Part shown: in pieces, positions 30,675 through 41,409 of the stretch
Position numbering within the stretch: position 1 is the stretch's first letter
How the letters are laid out: every line of letters starts with the position of its first letter
Origin: an uncultured Methanosarcinaceae archaeon
GTDB lineage: Archaea; Halobacteriota; Methanosarcinia; Methanosarcinales; Methanosarcinaceae
Direction: 5' to 3'
Assembly: GCA_963847185.1 (NCBI GenBank)
Contig: CAWJYV010000008.1
Location: 64,001-128,000 of the forward strand
DNA: 64,000 nt
Made by a program: the position numbers and the translations under genes
The notes under the pieces: model-generated
Told to the model about the DNA's origin: nothing
The model's database searches: none
The model's input: only the letters and a program-made list of their open reading frames with translations

Positions 30675-31871
30675 ATGAGAGTTGTCCTTGATCCCATACA
30701 CGGCTACATCGAACTGGATGATTTAGTTAGGGAACTTCTTGATACTCCCCAGATGCAGCGCCTCAGAAGGGTCAGACAGCTTGGATTTTCAAACCTTGTC
30801 TATCCAGGAGCAAACCATACTCGCTTTGAACACTCTCTCGGTTCAATGCATCTTGCTTCTATGCTGGCCAGAAATTTGGATTCAGTTGAAAAAGACAAAA
30901 AAAATGAGATAAGGGCTGCAGCCCTTTTGCACGATGTGGGACACGGGCCTTTTTCCCATGTTACGGAAAATGTTATTGACAAATACACGCGGTGCAGGCA
31001 CGATGATATAAAAGAAGTAATTGGAAGGGGAGAAATAAAGGAAATATTGATGAAATATGGAATTTCTCCGGGAAACCTTGCAAAACACGTAAGAGGAGAA
31101 ACTTCTTTAGGGCAGATCCTCAGCAGTGAGATTGATGTGGACAGAATGGATTATCTTGTCCGGGATGCCCATTACACAGGTGTTGCCTTTGGAGTTGTGG
31201 ATTATAACCGTCTGATAAATCAGATGGACTTTTATGAGGATAGACTTGTTGTCAATCAGGGTGGGCTGAAGGCAGCCGAATCCCTCCTTGTCTCACGTTT
31301 CTGGATGAACACATCGGTCTACTACCACCACGTAACCAGAATCTCGGAAGCCATGTGTTCCAAAGCAGTGGAATGCATGATAGAAAACCAGGAACTTGAC
31401 CCCTTCAGACTCAGGCAGATGGATGATATAGACCTTCTTGCAGCGATGAGAAATGCCACAGGATACGCAGGGGAACTTTCACGGCGGCTGGACGCCCGAG
31501 AACTTTATAAGCGCGCCCTATATGTGGGCCTGGAAAATGTAGGAAAAGACGTACTCAGATACAGGGATAAAATCCAGAGGGTGGAAACCGAAATTGCGGA
31601 GCTCGCAGACGTTGAGCCTCAGCATGTCCTTGTGGATATCCCAAAGACTCCTGAAATGTTAGAAATGCGGGCCATGATAAAAACTGACCAAAGGATGATC
31701 CCGCTTAACGAGGTTTCCCATTTTGTATCTATTCTGCAAGAGGCTCATATGGACAACTGGAGAATGGGAGTATACAGCCCAAAAGAACACTGTGAAACTG
31801 TGGGAAAGGCTGCTAAAGATTATTTTGGGGTTAAAAAGGCCCTAAAACAGTTTAAATTAACTGATCTCTGA
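30675..31871 (+). CDS. HD-domain phosphohydrolase (SAMHD1/YdhJ dNTPase-like)
   Basis: DPIHG, QRLRRVRQLG, HTRFEHSLG, LHDVGHGPFSH, DVDRMDYL and VYYH. Confidence 0.9.
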   Translation: MRVVLDPIHGYIELDDLVRELLDTPQMQRLRRVRQLGFSNLVYPGANHTRFEHSLGSMHLASMLARNLDSVEKDKKNEIRAAALLHDVGHGPFSHVTENVIDKYTRCRHDDIKEVIGRGEIKEILMKYGISPGNLAKHVRGETSLGQILSSEIDVDRMDYLVRDAHYTGVAFGVVDYNRLINQMDFYEDRLVVNQGGLKAAESLLVSRFWMNTSVYYHHVTRISEAMCSKAVECMIENQELDPFRLRQMDDIDLLAAMRNATGYAGELSRRLDARELYKRALYVGLENVGKDVLRYRDKIQRVETEIAELADVEPQHVLVDIPKTPEMLEMRAMIKTDQRMIPLNEVSHFVSILQEAHMDNWRMGVYSPKEHCETVGKAAKDYFGVKKALKQFKLTDL

Positions 31872-32012
31872 TATAATAGATGAAAAGAGAAATTTAAAGG
31901 AAAAACTATATTTTTCACTTAGAGTCAGGTTTTTTAGAGTCAGATTTTTAAAGGCTGCAGCTTAATAGTTCTGGAGCCTTATATAAAAACAGGATTATTT
32001 GGAATCAAAGCC

Positions 32013-32414
32013 ATGAGTGTTTTGAGTTTTGAGGTAGGGAGTTTGTTTCAGATTATGCGAAAAGCTGGCAGAATCGAAATTCTCCTTGAAGCAAAGCAGA
32101 TCGGAGAAGATTACCTGCTAACCCTTACAGGTGGAAGAGAACATGTAGGAGCTGTTGCCATAGGGCTTTTTGATGAAAAAAGCCAGAGGACAAGCTCGTC
32201 AGTGATAACATTGCCCGGGCACAGGGAAGAACAACTTGCCCTTCAGGGTGCAAGACAGGTCAGCAAAGCCACGAAGAGAACTACAGTATTTGTTGCAGGC
32301 ATCCATCAGGATAATATCAGCCCTGAAGAGATAATGGGTATAGTTTCAGTCTCAGAGGAAATGGTAGCAAGTTTTATTGATTTTTTTGAAAGGCAGAGAA
32401 GAAGAAATGAATAA
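32013..32414 (+). CDS. LpdD-like prenylated-flavin chaperone
   Basis: GEDYLLTLTGG..HVGAVA, LPGHRE and VAGIH motifs; directly upstream of ubiX; true start may be TTG at 32043. Confidence 0.7.
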   Translation: MSVLSFEVGSLFQIMRKAGRIEILLEAKQIGEDYLLTLTGGREHVGAVAIGLFDEKSQRTSSSVITLPGHREEQLALQGARQVSKATKRTTVFVAGIHQDNISPEEIMGIVSVSEEMVASFIDFFERQRRRNE

Positions 32415-33027
32415 AACAAACGCAGAGTCAGGAAGAAATGAACAAAACAAAGACAGGGTAAGGGAGAGACGAATAATGGAAATAGCGGTAGGCATAAGTG
32501 GAGCCTCAGGAGTCCAGTATGGGATTCGCCTTCTTGAGGTGTTTGCGGAAAAAGGAATCAAAACCCATCTGGTTTTGACTGACGCTGCAAAACAGATAAT
32601 ACAGATCGAAACCGACTACGCTCCCCTTACAGTAGAAAAAATTGCAACCTGGAGCTATTCCCAGAAAGATTTTTCTGCACCCATTGCAAGCGGATCTTAC
32701 AGGACAGCAGGAATGGTTGTTGCTCCCTGCAGCATGAAAACCCTTGCTGCAATTGCAAATGGTGTATCGGACACGCTTCTCACAAGGGCTGCAGACGTAT
32801 GCCTGAAAGAGGAGAGAAAACTTATTTTAATGACTCGCGAAACTCCCCTAAACCTCATACACCTTGAAAATATGCTTAAGGCAAAAAAAGCAGGAGCGAG
32901 TATTCTTCCGGCATGTCCTGGTTTCTATTCAAAGCCCAAAACTCTGGATGATATCATAAATATTATGGTAGGAAGAGCTCTTGACCTTCTGGGAATCGAA
33001 AATGAAATTTATCAGCGCTGGGATTGA
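32407..33027 (+). CDS. ubiX: Flavin prenyltransferase UbiX
   Basis: GISGASG, ASGS, PCSMKTL, RAADV.LKE and RETPL; start could instead be 32476. Confidence 0.93.
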   Translation: MNKTNAESGRNEQNKDRVRERRIMEIAVGISGASGVQYGIRLLEVFAEKGIKTHLVLTDAAKQIIQIETDYAPLTVEKIATWSYSQKDFSAPIASGSYRTAGMVVAPCSMKTLAAIANGVSDTLLTRAADVCLKEERKLILMTRETPLNLIHLENMLKAKKAGASILPACPGFYSKPKTLDDIINIMVGRALDLLGIENEIYQRWD

Positions 33028-33171
33028 ATTTAATAAGCTCAGTAAAATAATCTCAACAAAAGCTTCTCGAAAGTACACAGAATAGGAGAAGTTTCTATTC
33101 TTATGAATAACAGGCTCATGTTCTAACGAAACCTATATAAAGGATAATAACCTTTGAGAGGAAGTACCCTT

Positions 33172-33246
33172 GGGATAGTAGGGTAGCTTGGTCCATCCTC
33201 GAGCGTTTGGGACGCTTGGACCGCGGTTCAAATCCGCGCTATCCCA
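33172..33246 (+). tRNA. tRNA-Pro (TGG)
   Basis: GGGATAG/CTATCCC acceptor; GAGCG-TTTGGGA-CGCTT anticodon arm; GGTTCAAATCC; TATATAAA at about 33134. Confidence 0.95.
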
Positions 33247-33659
33247 TCAATTATTTTTCTTTTATATTTAGACAATTTTTTTTCTTAAAGTAAAATTTCT
33301 TCTCTTAAAGTAAAATTACTTTTTCCTTTAATCAACTGCCACTTTTCCATTAAATCAGGTGCTATTTTCTCTTTTATGTCAAGTTTTTCTTTCTCCAGCC
33401 TATTTATTCCTCTTTGATCCTGAATTTTTGACTTAGCTCTTCTGTTTAAATTTTATTTCTCCAGTTTGGTTTTCATCCGGCAGTTACCCCTATCCACACT
33501 AATTTTTTCCATTTTGTCTCTATAATAATTTAATAAATGATAATTCCTCCAAATAAAATAATTTTCTGCCATTTAGTGACCCTTTTTTATTATATTTAGG
33601 CATTATTTTAAAAACCAACATATTTATATTGTTTATCATGTCTATATTATCTTATATTT

Positions 33660-33824
33660 AATATCCATTCTCGGATGAGATATTGGCCTCAAAGAATTTC
33701 ATATGGGGGAGTAAATTCTTTGATTAAGTATCCGGTTTCACATTTTTATGTTAATGGATATTGAATGTATATTTATATGAAATTGTGAATTGCACAAACT
33801 TTGCTGATAATATGAGTTCCCCCC
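33660..33824 (+). promoter_or_regulatory. Structured 5' leader of the NosD/PKD gene
   Basis: AATATCCATT (33660-69) pairs with AATGGATATT (33753-62), enclosing TCAAAGAATTT/AAATTCTTTGA; TTTATAT at 33623. Confidence 0.45.
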
Positions 33825-33838
33825 TCAATTTTTCTTAA

Positions 33839-35782
33839 ATGAACGGAGGAATCAGAATAAGTAAGTTAACAATGTTACTCTTAGCTCTTCTTATTTTAGT
33901 TTCAATTCCAGGACTCGGAAACGCGGCTGAAATTTTTGTTCAGCCAGGAAATTCAATACAAACTGCTGTGAACAATGCAAGTCCTGGTGACATAATTACA
34001 GTAAAAGCAGGTAACTATTCAGAAAATATTAAAATCACTACAGGAAATCTTACGCTCAGATCGGAATCCGGAAACCCTGATAATACCATAATCCAGGCAA
34101 AGAGTTTTGGCAATATATTTCTTTTACAAGGAAACAATATAAAAATCACCGGCTTCAAGATTATTGGCTCAACCAGATTCAGTTGCGTAGGAGTCAATCT
34201 GTCTTCAGCCAGTAACTGTACGGTTGAGAACAACAAATTTTTGAACAATGCGCGTGGAATCTTTCTCCTCAGGTCCAATGGGAATGCGGTATTAAAGAAT
34301 AATATTGCTGATAGTAGAGAATATGGAATTGCACTTCAATATTCTACGAATAATATTGTCTCAGGAAATATTGCTTCTGAAAGTCAAAGAGGAATTTATT
34401 TTGGCACTTCTGATGATAATATCTTCTCACGCAATATTATCCAAAACAATAGTGTCTTCGGTCTTTTTGTCTGTGGCAGAAGTGATAGGAATCTGATTTA
34501 CGATAATTACTTCAATGACACCAGTATGACTATCCGAAATGGAACCGGAAACGTCTATTATATTACAAAAATCGCAGGTACTAACATCGTCGGCGGACCC
34601 AATATAGGAGGCAACTTCTGGGCAAAACCTGACGGAAAAGGATTTTCGCAGACTGCGGTGGATAAAGATGGGGACGGAATTTCCGATTCTGTTTACAAGA
34701 ACTTAATGGGAAGCAAATATACAGACTCCTTCCCTCTCGTTGATCCGAACTCCCCTGAGCCAGTCCTTCCTGTTGCAGCGTTCAGCAGCAATATAAGTTC
34801 AGGAGACTCACCTCTTGTTGTCAGCTTTGCTGATAAAAGCACAGGGACGCCCAGCACATGGAAATGGAATTTTGGAGACGGAACTTATTCGACAGGCAAA
34901 AATCCAGTACATACCTATTCTGCGGCAGGAAATTACACAGTGTCACTTACAGTAAGCAGTAATGCAGGTAGCAATACAACAATTAAATCGAATTATATAA
35001 AAGTGACAGCGAATAATACAACACAAAAACCTGTCGTAAGCTTCTGGGGCTCACGAACTTCAGGGACGGCTCCCCTGATTCTAGGCTTTACTGATGCAAG
35101 CACAGGAACACCAACTGCATGGAACTGGAGTTTTGGAGATGGAACGTACTCAACAGTCCAGGGTCCAAGGCATACTTACTCAAAAGCAGGAAATTATACG
35201 GTAACGCTTACCGCAAGCAATGCAGCCGGAGGCGGGACGAAAACCAGAACTGATTACATAAAGGTAGCGGCGCCTGTACAGAAGCCAGTTGCTGGTTTCA
35301 GCAGCAATGTTACTTCCGGAAACTTACCCTTACATGTGGCTTTCACTGATGCAAGTATAGGAACACCGACGACATGGAACTGGAGCTTTGGAGACAGCAC
35401 GTATTCAACCCAGCAGAATCCTATACACACCTATTCAAAGTCAGGAAGCTACACAATAACACTTACAGCAAGCAATTCTGCAGGCAGTAATACGACAACA
35501 AAGTCCGGTTATATAAAAGTGACAGAAGCCGCACAAAAACCTGTTGTAAGCTTCTGGGGTTCACGAACTTCAGGAACTGCTCCACTGACTATCGGTTTTA
35601 CGGATTCAAGTACAGAGTTCCCAATTGCGTGGAACTGGAGTTTTGGAGATGGAACCTATTCAACAGTCCAAAGCCCAAGACATACTTACTCAAAAGCAGG
35701 AAATTATACGGTAACGCTTACGGCAAGCAATGAAGTCGGAAGCGGGACGAAAACAAGAAGTAACTATATAAAAATAGCATAA
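33839..35782 (+). CDS. Cell-surface protein: NosD/CASH beta-helix plus 4 PKD domains
   Basis: Signal peptide; PGNSIQTAVN; parallel beta-helix repeats; GGNFW..PDG; WxFGDG x4. Confidence 0.9.
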   Translation: MNGGIRISKLTMLLLALLILVSIPGLGNAAEIFVQPGNSIQTAVNNASPGDIITVKAGNYSENIKITTGNLTLRSESGNPDNTIIQAKSFGNIFLLQGNNIKITGFKIIGSTRFSCVGVNLSSASNCTVENNKFLNNARGIFLLRSNGNAVLKNNIADSREYGIALQYSTNNIVSGNIASESQRGIYFGTSDDNIFSRNIIQNNSVFGLFVCGRSDRNLIYDNYFNDTSMTIRNGTGNVYYITKIAGTNIVGGPNIGGNFWAKPDGKGFSQTAVDKDGDGISDSVYKNLMGSKYTDSFPLVDPNSPEPVLPVAAFSSNISSGDSPLVVSFADKSTGTPSTWKWNFGDGTYSTGKNPVHTYSAAGNYTVSLTVSSNAGSNTTIKSNYIKVTANNTTQKPVVSFWGSRTSGTAPLILGFTDASTGTPTAWNWSFGDGTYSTVQGPRHTYSKAGNYTVTLTASNAAGGGTKTRTDYIKVAAPVQKPVAGFSSNVTSGNLPLHVAFTDASIGTPTTWNWSFGDSTYSTQQNPIHTYSKSGSYTITLTASNSAGSNTTTKSGYIKVTEAAQKPVVSFWGSRTSGTAPLTIGFTDSSTEFPIAWNWSFGDGTYSTVQSPRHTYSKAGNYTVTLTASNEVGSGTKTRSNYIKIA

Positions 35783-35831
35783 AAGCCTGATTTATACAAT
35801 GTTTACGGATAACATAAGAGACAAATAAACA

Positions 35832-35876
35832 AAAGTTGCAAATTTCTGGGACTACGGTCCCGGAAAAGTAACTTTG
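35832..35876 (+). terminator. Hairpin downstream of the NosD/PKD gene
   Basis: AAAGTTGC..TTCTGGGAC-TACG-GTCCCGGAA..GTAACTTT inverted repeat. Confidence 0.45.
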
Positions 35877-36314
35877 AATAATGTATCACCAGCATAACAC
35901 AAAACCACGTATGGATGAGTTCCCAAATTCGAGCATTATTTCTCAGGCTCAAACAACTTTTATTAACCGGCCAGGCAACCGATTTTTATTCGTGGGGCTT
36001 TTAAATTTTCAATCCCCTTTTACTTTTTTATATAGAGTCCATATCTAACCCAGATTTTTTAGTTTTGTTTTTTACCTCCGGATAAGGACGTGAATGACAA
36101 AAATTACAAGATTAATATTAATAAAAAATTTATATAGTAAGGGATTATAGAATTATAAATATTTGATAACTATCTGATCCAAAAAAATGGTTCTCAGATT
36201 TTCTGTCTATAAAAAACATGGGGATTGGAGTGTAAGTGCCAAGTTTGCTTACTTTAATTACTCGCTATTTTTTCGTTTAATAGAGTAAAATATTGTAGTA
36301 AGTTTAAAGAAATC

Positions 36315-39044
36315 TTGAATAAAATAATGAAGGATGAAAGCGTGAAAAAAAATCCTGATGAAAAAAACGATTCAAGTCTGAAAAAGGTAATAATAACCCT
36401 CAGTGAACTTCTGATTATATTTCTGGTCATAGGTTTAACGTTGGTAATGACAGGTACAGAGATTTCAGAAAACAACAGTACATTAAGTGTCGAGGAAAAT
36501 ACCGTAAACAATGAGACCTCAACCCCAGAAAGAAGCTACCAGCTACCTTTAAATGGAAATCTCACTGATGAAAAAGGCTTGAACATTGAGAATAACTCCG
36601 AAAATCTCGGACTCGCACCAGAAAATCCTGAATTTGTCAAGGAAACAAGGAACAAACTATACACTCAAACAGAACAGCCTGCAGAAGAGAATAAAACAGG
36701 TCTAACACCTGCACCTCTGGACCTTCAGTATCTCAGCGATATTTCTACTGTCGAAACGTCTGCTTCGGACAGTTATGACCCGCGGGATGCAAATTCTATT
36801 GTCCAGGCAGCGGGGAATGAAGTATCTGCTTCAAATAGCTATGATCTACGTGTTCTCAATAAGGTGACAAGTGTAAAAGATCAGGCTGATGCAGGAGTTT
36901 GCTGGACATTTGCAAGTTATGCTTCCTTAGAATCATATTTAAAGCCTGGAGAAAATCGAGATTTTTCTGAAAATCACATGAAAAACCTGCTTTCTTCTGC
37001 ATATGCGGAAGGTTTCGACCGTGGTGCCAATGACGGTGGAAATAGTTTTCAGTCTGCTGCTTATCTTACCCGCTGGGACGGGCCTGTAGATGAAAACGAC
37101 GATCCTTACTCTCCCTACTCAGAAATCTCCTCTGAGAGTTTGCCTTTACAGAAACACGTACAGAACGTACTTTTTATCCCGGATAGGGACAGTCCTCTTG
37201 ATAATGATGAGATTAAGTGGGCAGTCCAGAATTACGGAGCTGTATATACTACAATGTACTATGATAATTTTTATTCCCCTGCTAATTACAGCTATTTCTA
37301 TAATGGGACTTCACGATCTAACCATGCTGTGGCCATTGTAGGCTGGAACGACTCTTTTGACAGAAACAAATTTTCCAGGGTCCCTGCAGGAAATGGGGCA
37401 TTTATAATAAAAAACAGCTGGGGTTCCGGATGGGGTGAAAACGGATATTTCTATGTTTCATATTATGATCCAAGGATAGGAACCTACAATACAGTTATGA
37501 CGGCTGAAAGCCCTGATAATTATAAATCCATCTACCAGTACGATCCCTTTGGCTGGGTTAGCAGTGTGGGATACTCCAACCCCACTTGCTGGTGTGCAAA
37601 TGTCTTTACTGCAAAATCCGACGAAATTCTCAAAGCTGTAAGTTTCTATACAACGGACTCAAATTGCAACTATGAAATTTATATATATACTAATCCGGAG
37701 ACTGGCCCGATAAATCAATCAGGTCCTGTTCTCTCAAAGAGCGGGACAATCTCTGCAGCAGGCTATCACACAGTCCCCCTGGATTCTGATATTGAAATCC
37801 AAAACGGCCAAAAGTTCTCAGTTGTTCTGAAGTTCAACACCCCTGAATACGGTTATCCGGTTGCTATAGAAAAGCCCATTACAGGCTGGAGCAGTAAAGC
37901 AAAAGCAAACGCAGGAGAGAGCTTCATTAGTAGTAGCGGACAAACCTGGATAGACATTACGACTTATTTCTCGAATTCAAACGTATGCATCAAGGCTTTT
38001 ACTGTGCCAGGAACTCTGTCAGGAACTGTTCCTCCTGTAGCAAACTTCTCTGTAACTCCAAACTCAGGAAATGCTCCTCTTCAGATCAGTTTTACTGATA
38101 CCAGTACAGGATCCCCTACTGCCTGGAACTGGAACTTTGGAGACGGAAATACTTCAAGCGAACAGAATCCAAAGCATACTTATTTTGCAGCAGGAAATTA
38201 CACGGTAGCATTTACAGTGAGCAATGCTGCCGGGACAGACACAGTAACAAGGGCAGGTTACATAAATGTAAAAACAGCTCCTCCAAAGTTGCGTGCTGAT
38301 TTCTCTGCCTCTCCGACCTCAGGGAATGCCCCAATGAGAGTTGTTTTTACTGATGCCAGTACAGGGTCTCCAACTTCATGGAGATGGAGTTTTGGAGACG
38401 GGACATATTCAACCTCCAAGAACCCTTCACACACATACAGTAAAGCAGGGAAATATACGATCAGTTTGACAGTAAGAAATACTGCTGGGAGTATTATAGC
38501 AACGAAATCCGGCTATATAAATGTAGGAGCTCCCCTGAAAGCTCCGGTTTCCGCGTTTTCCGCATCTACAACTTCAGGATATGCTCCAATTAAAGTCACG
38601 TTTACAGACAGCAGCGCAAATTCACCGACTTCATGGAGATGGAATTTTGGAGATGGAATTACCTCAACCGAGCAGAATCCGGAGCATACGTACAGTAAAA
38701 CGGGAAGATATACCGTCAGCCTGGTAGTAAGGAATTCTATAGGAAGTAACACAGCAACGAAATCTAGATATATAAATGTCTTAACTCCCTTGAAAGTTCC
38801 GATTGCTTCTCTTTCAGCCTCCCCTACTTCTGGAAAGGCGCCTTTGAGGGTACAGTTTACTGACAGGAGCACAGAATCTCCAATTTCGTGGAGATGGAGT
38901 TTTGGGGACGGGACTTATTCCACATCAAAAAATCCTGCACATACATACAGCAAAGCAGGAAGGTACACTGTTACGCTGACAACAACAAATGCCAGAGGAA
39001 GTAACACTAAAACAGTAGCCGGGTATATTACAGTCTCCAGATAA
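36315..39044 (+). CDS. Cell-surface papain-like (C1A) peptidase with lectin-like domain and 4 PKD domains
   Basis: N-terminal TM; VKDQ..AGVCWTF (Cys), NHAVAIVGW (His), IKNSWG (Asn); IYQYD lectin-like start; WxFGDG x4. Confidence 0.9.
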   Translation: MNKIMKDESVKKNPDEKNDSSLKKVIITLSELLIIFLVIGLTLVMTGTEISENNSTLSVEENTVNNETSTPERSYQLPLNGNLTDEKGLNIENNSENLGLAPENPEFVKETRNKLYTQTEQPAEENKTGLTPAPLDLQYLSDISTVETSASDSYDPRDANSIVQAAGNEVSASNSYDLRVLNKVTSVKDQADAGVCWTFASYASLESYLKPGENRDFSENHMKNLLSSAYAEGFDRGANDGGNSFQSAAYLTRWDGPVDENDDPYSPYSEISSESLPLQKHVQNVLFIPDRDSPLDNDEIKWAVQNYGAVYTTMYYDNFYSPANYSYFYNGTSRSNHAVAIVGWNDSFDRNKFSRVPAGNGAFIIKNSWGSGWGENGYFYVSYYDPRIGTYNTVMTAESPDNYKSIYQYDPFGWVSSVGYSNPTCWCANVFTAKSDEILKAVSFYTTDSNCNYEIYIYTNPETGPINQSGPVLSKSGTISAAGYHTVPLDSDIEIQNGQKFSVVLKFNTPEYGYPVAIEKPITGWSSKAKANAGESFISSSGQTWIDITTYFSNSNVCIKAFTVPGTLSGTVPPVANFSVTPNSGNAPLQISFTDTSTGSPTAWNWNFGDGNTSSEQNPKHTYFAAGNYTVAFTVSNAAGTDTVTRAGYINVKTAPPKLRADFSASPTSGNAPMRVVFTDASTGSPTSWRWSFGDGTYSTSKNPSHTYSKAGKYTISLTVRNTAGSIIATKSGYINVGAPLKAPVSAFSASTTSGYAPIKVTFTDSSANSPTSWRWNFGDGITSTEQNPEHTYSKTGRYTVSLVVRNSIGSNTATKSRYINVLTPLKVPIASLSASPTSGKAPLRVQFTDRSTESPISWRWSFGDGTYSTSKNPAHTYSKAGRYTVTLTTTNARGSNTKTVAGYITVSR

Positions 39045-39490
39045 ATCCCGTACTGAAAAGATAAAGGTTAAAGGGAGTGAGCAGGGTTATTGATCAAAGC
39101 CAGAAAAATGACTTTATTAGCCTTTTCCGCTCTCATTAACTTTTTTCGGCAAGATCGGTGAGCCATTTTTTTCGTTAATATTTTTGCACGGTTGTTAAAA
39201 TTTCCCTCTTGTTTGGATTTATTTATTTTTTATACTCTTTTAATTTCCAAAAGTACATTTTCTTATGTCTTTCGCCTAAACTAATTTAATTTTATCAGAT
39301 TCTAATGCATCTGATTCTCGTTCTAAGATAAATCTCTCAAGTTAGAGTGGTTTGAGTCCAGAGTAGTTTGATTCCAGATTTAAAGAAGCAATTTGATTCC
39401 AGATAAGAAACAAATAAAAATCATTAAAGAGTAAACTGTATTAATATTTTGTACTTCGGGAAGTAAATGGAAACAGAGAAGGAATAATTA

Positions 39491-41245
39491 ATGAATAACA
39501 AAGAAATATTTTTTTCAATAGTTTTAATTCTTTTGTCCTTAATTTTCGCATCACCTATGACATCAGCGTCTACTACACAATCTGTAAATGACCAGCTTAC
39601 TATTAATGAAACTCAAATAACTATTAATAAACTGCATCAGAGCAATCCTGCAATCTATGGGGACAGAATAGTGTGGAAGGATGAAAGAAATGGAAACGGT
39701 GATATTTATGTATACAATCTTTCAACTTCCCGAGAAACTCAGATAACTACTGACAAATCAGATCAATATCTGCCTTTTGTTTATGGTGATCGGGTAGTGT
39801 GGGAGGATGAACGAAATGGAAACGTGGATATCTACATGTACAACCTTTCCACTTCGAAGGAAAGCCGGATAACCTCCAATAAGTCAGATCAGCTGTGGGC
39901 TTCAATCTACGGTAACAGAATGGTATGGGTGGACACCCGATATGGAAACTACGATATATTCATGTACGATCTCTCCACTTCAAAAGAAACTCAGATAACC
40001 ACCAGTAAATCAAATAAGCTCTTTCCCAGAATCTACGAGGACAGGATTGTGTGGGAGGATTATCGAAATGGAAAATATGATCTTCGCATGTATAATCTCT
40101 CCACTTCAAAAGAAAACCGGATTGTTGCCAATATATCATATTCTGCAATTGCTTCTATCTATGATGATAAGATAGTATGGTCGGATGACCGCAATGAACC
40201 GCGAAATTACGATATATATCTGTACAATCTTTCCACATCCAGAGAAACCCGGATAACCACCAATAAATCAGACCAGTACTTACCTGTTGTCTCTGAAAGC
40301 AGGATAGTTTGGTACGATTTGAGGAACGGAAACAGGGATATCTACATGTACGACCTTTCAACATCCCGAGAAACTCAGATAAGCAGCGCTGAATCAAATC
40401 AATATAATCCTGCTATTTACGGGAACAGGATAGTGTGGGAAGATGATCGAAATGGAAACTTGGATGTCTATATGTGCACTCTTGGGTCTAACCTTCCTGT
40501 TTCTGCTTTTTCTGCATCCCCTACTTCGGGAAATGCCCCACTGAAAATCTCATTCACTGATGGGAGTACAGGATCACCTACTTCCTGGAACTGGAGTTTT
40601 GGAGACAAAACATATTCAACTTCTAAGAATCCCTCACATACATTCAGTAAAGCAGGGAAGTACACAGTTAGCCTAACCATTAAGAACGCAGCTGGGAGCA
40701 ATGAAGCAACAAAGTTCGGTTATATTGTTGTAAATGCTATGAAAACTCCTGTTACTTCTTTATCCGCCTCTCCACGCTCTGGAAATGCTCCTTTGAAAGT
40801 TAAGTTTGCTGATAAAAGTACCAACAGTCCAACGGCATGGAAATGGAGCTTTGGAGACGGAACTTATTCAACCTCTAAGAACCCTTCACATACGTACAGC
40901 AAAGCCGGAAAATACACGGTCAGTTTAACAGTAAAGAACGCCGCCGGAAGTAACACCAAAACAGTGTCCAAATATATTGTTGTAAACAAGGTTGTGAAAC
41001 CTGTTGCTGCTTTCTTGGCAACCCCTGCCTCAGGAAAATTGCCGTTGAAGGTGCAGTTTACTGACAAGAGTACCAATAGTCCTACATCGTGGAAATGGAG
41101 CTTTGGAGACGGAACATATTCAACCTCCAAAAATCCTTCACACACGTACAGTAAAGCAGGAAGGTACACTGTTTACTTAACAGCAAAGAATTCAGCAGGC
41201 AGCAGCACAAAAACAATGTCTGGATATATTACAGTTTCCAAATGA
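39491..41245 (+). CDS. Cell-surface beta-propeller (Methanosarcina repeat) plus 3 PKD domains
   Basis: Signal peptide; 7 repeats of P.IYG.RIVW.D.RNGN.DIY.Y.LSTS.ETQIT; WxFGD x3. Confidence 0.9.
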   Translation: MNNKEIFFSIVLILLSLIFASPMTSASTTQSVNDQLTINETQITINKLHQSNPAIYGDRIVWKDERNGNGDIYVYNLSTSRETQITTDKSDQYLPFVYGDRVVWEDERNGNVDIYMYNLSTSKESRITSNKSDQLWASIYGNRMVWVDTRYGNYDIFMYDLSTSKETQITTSKSNKLFPRIYEDRIVWEDYRNGKYDLRMYNLSTSKENRIVANISYSAIASIYDDKIVWSDDRNEPRNYDIYLYNLSTSRETRITTNKSDQYLPVVSESRIVWYDLRNGNRDIYMYDLSTSRETQISSAESNQYNPAIYGNRIVWEDDRNGNLDVYMCTLGSNLPVSAFSASPTSGNAPLKISFTDGSTGSPTSWNWSFGDKTYSTSKNPSHTFSKAGKYTVSLTIKNAAGSNEATKFGYIVVNAMKTPVTSLSASPRSGNAPLKVKFADKSTNSPTAWKWSFGDGTYSTSKNPSHTYSKAGKYTVSLTVKNAAGSNTKTVSKYIVVNKVVKPVAAFLATPASGKLPLKVQFTDKSTNSPTSWKWSFGDGTYSTSKNPSHTYSKAGRYTVYLTAKNSAGSSTKTMSGYITVSK

Positions 41246-41313
41246 ATGTATTAAATAAAAAATAAGCATGATGGCAGACTGTTTCTCTTTCTGTCTTTAA
41301 TTAAAAGAAGTAG

Positions 41314-41334
41314 CCACCGGAATTTCTCCGGTGG
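41314..41334. terminator. Hairpin between convergent genes
   Basis: CCACCGGA-ATTTC-TCCGGTGG with T-rich flanks. Confidence 0.55.
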
Positions 41335-41409
41335 ATATTTAATTTCTTGTAAGTTTTTTCTTCTAAGTTTTTCTTCTAAATTTCGGACCCAAATATTTCC
41401 TTAATATGA

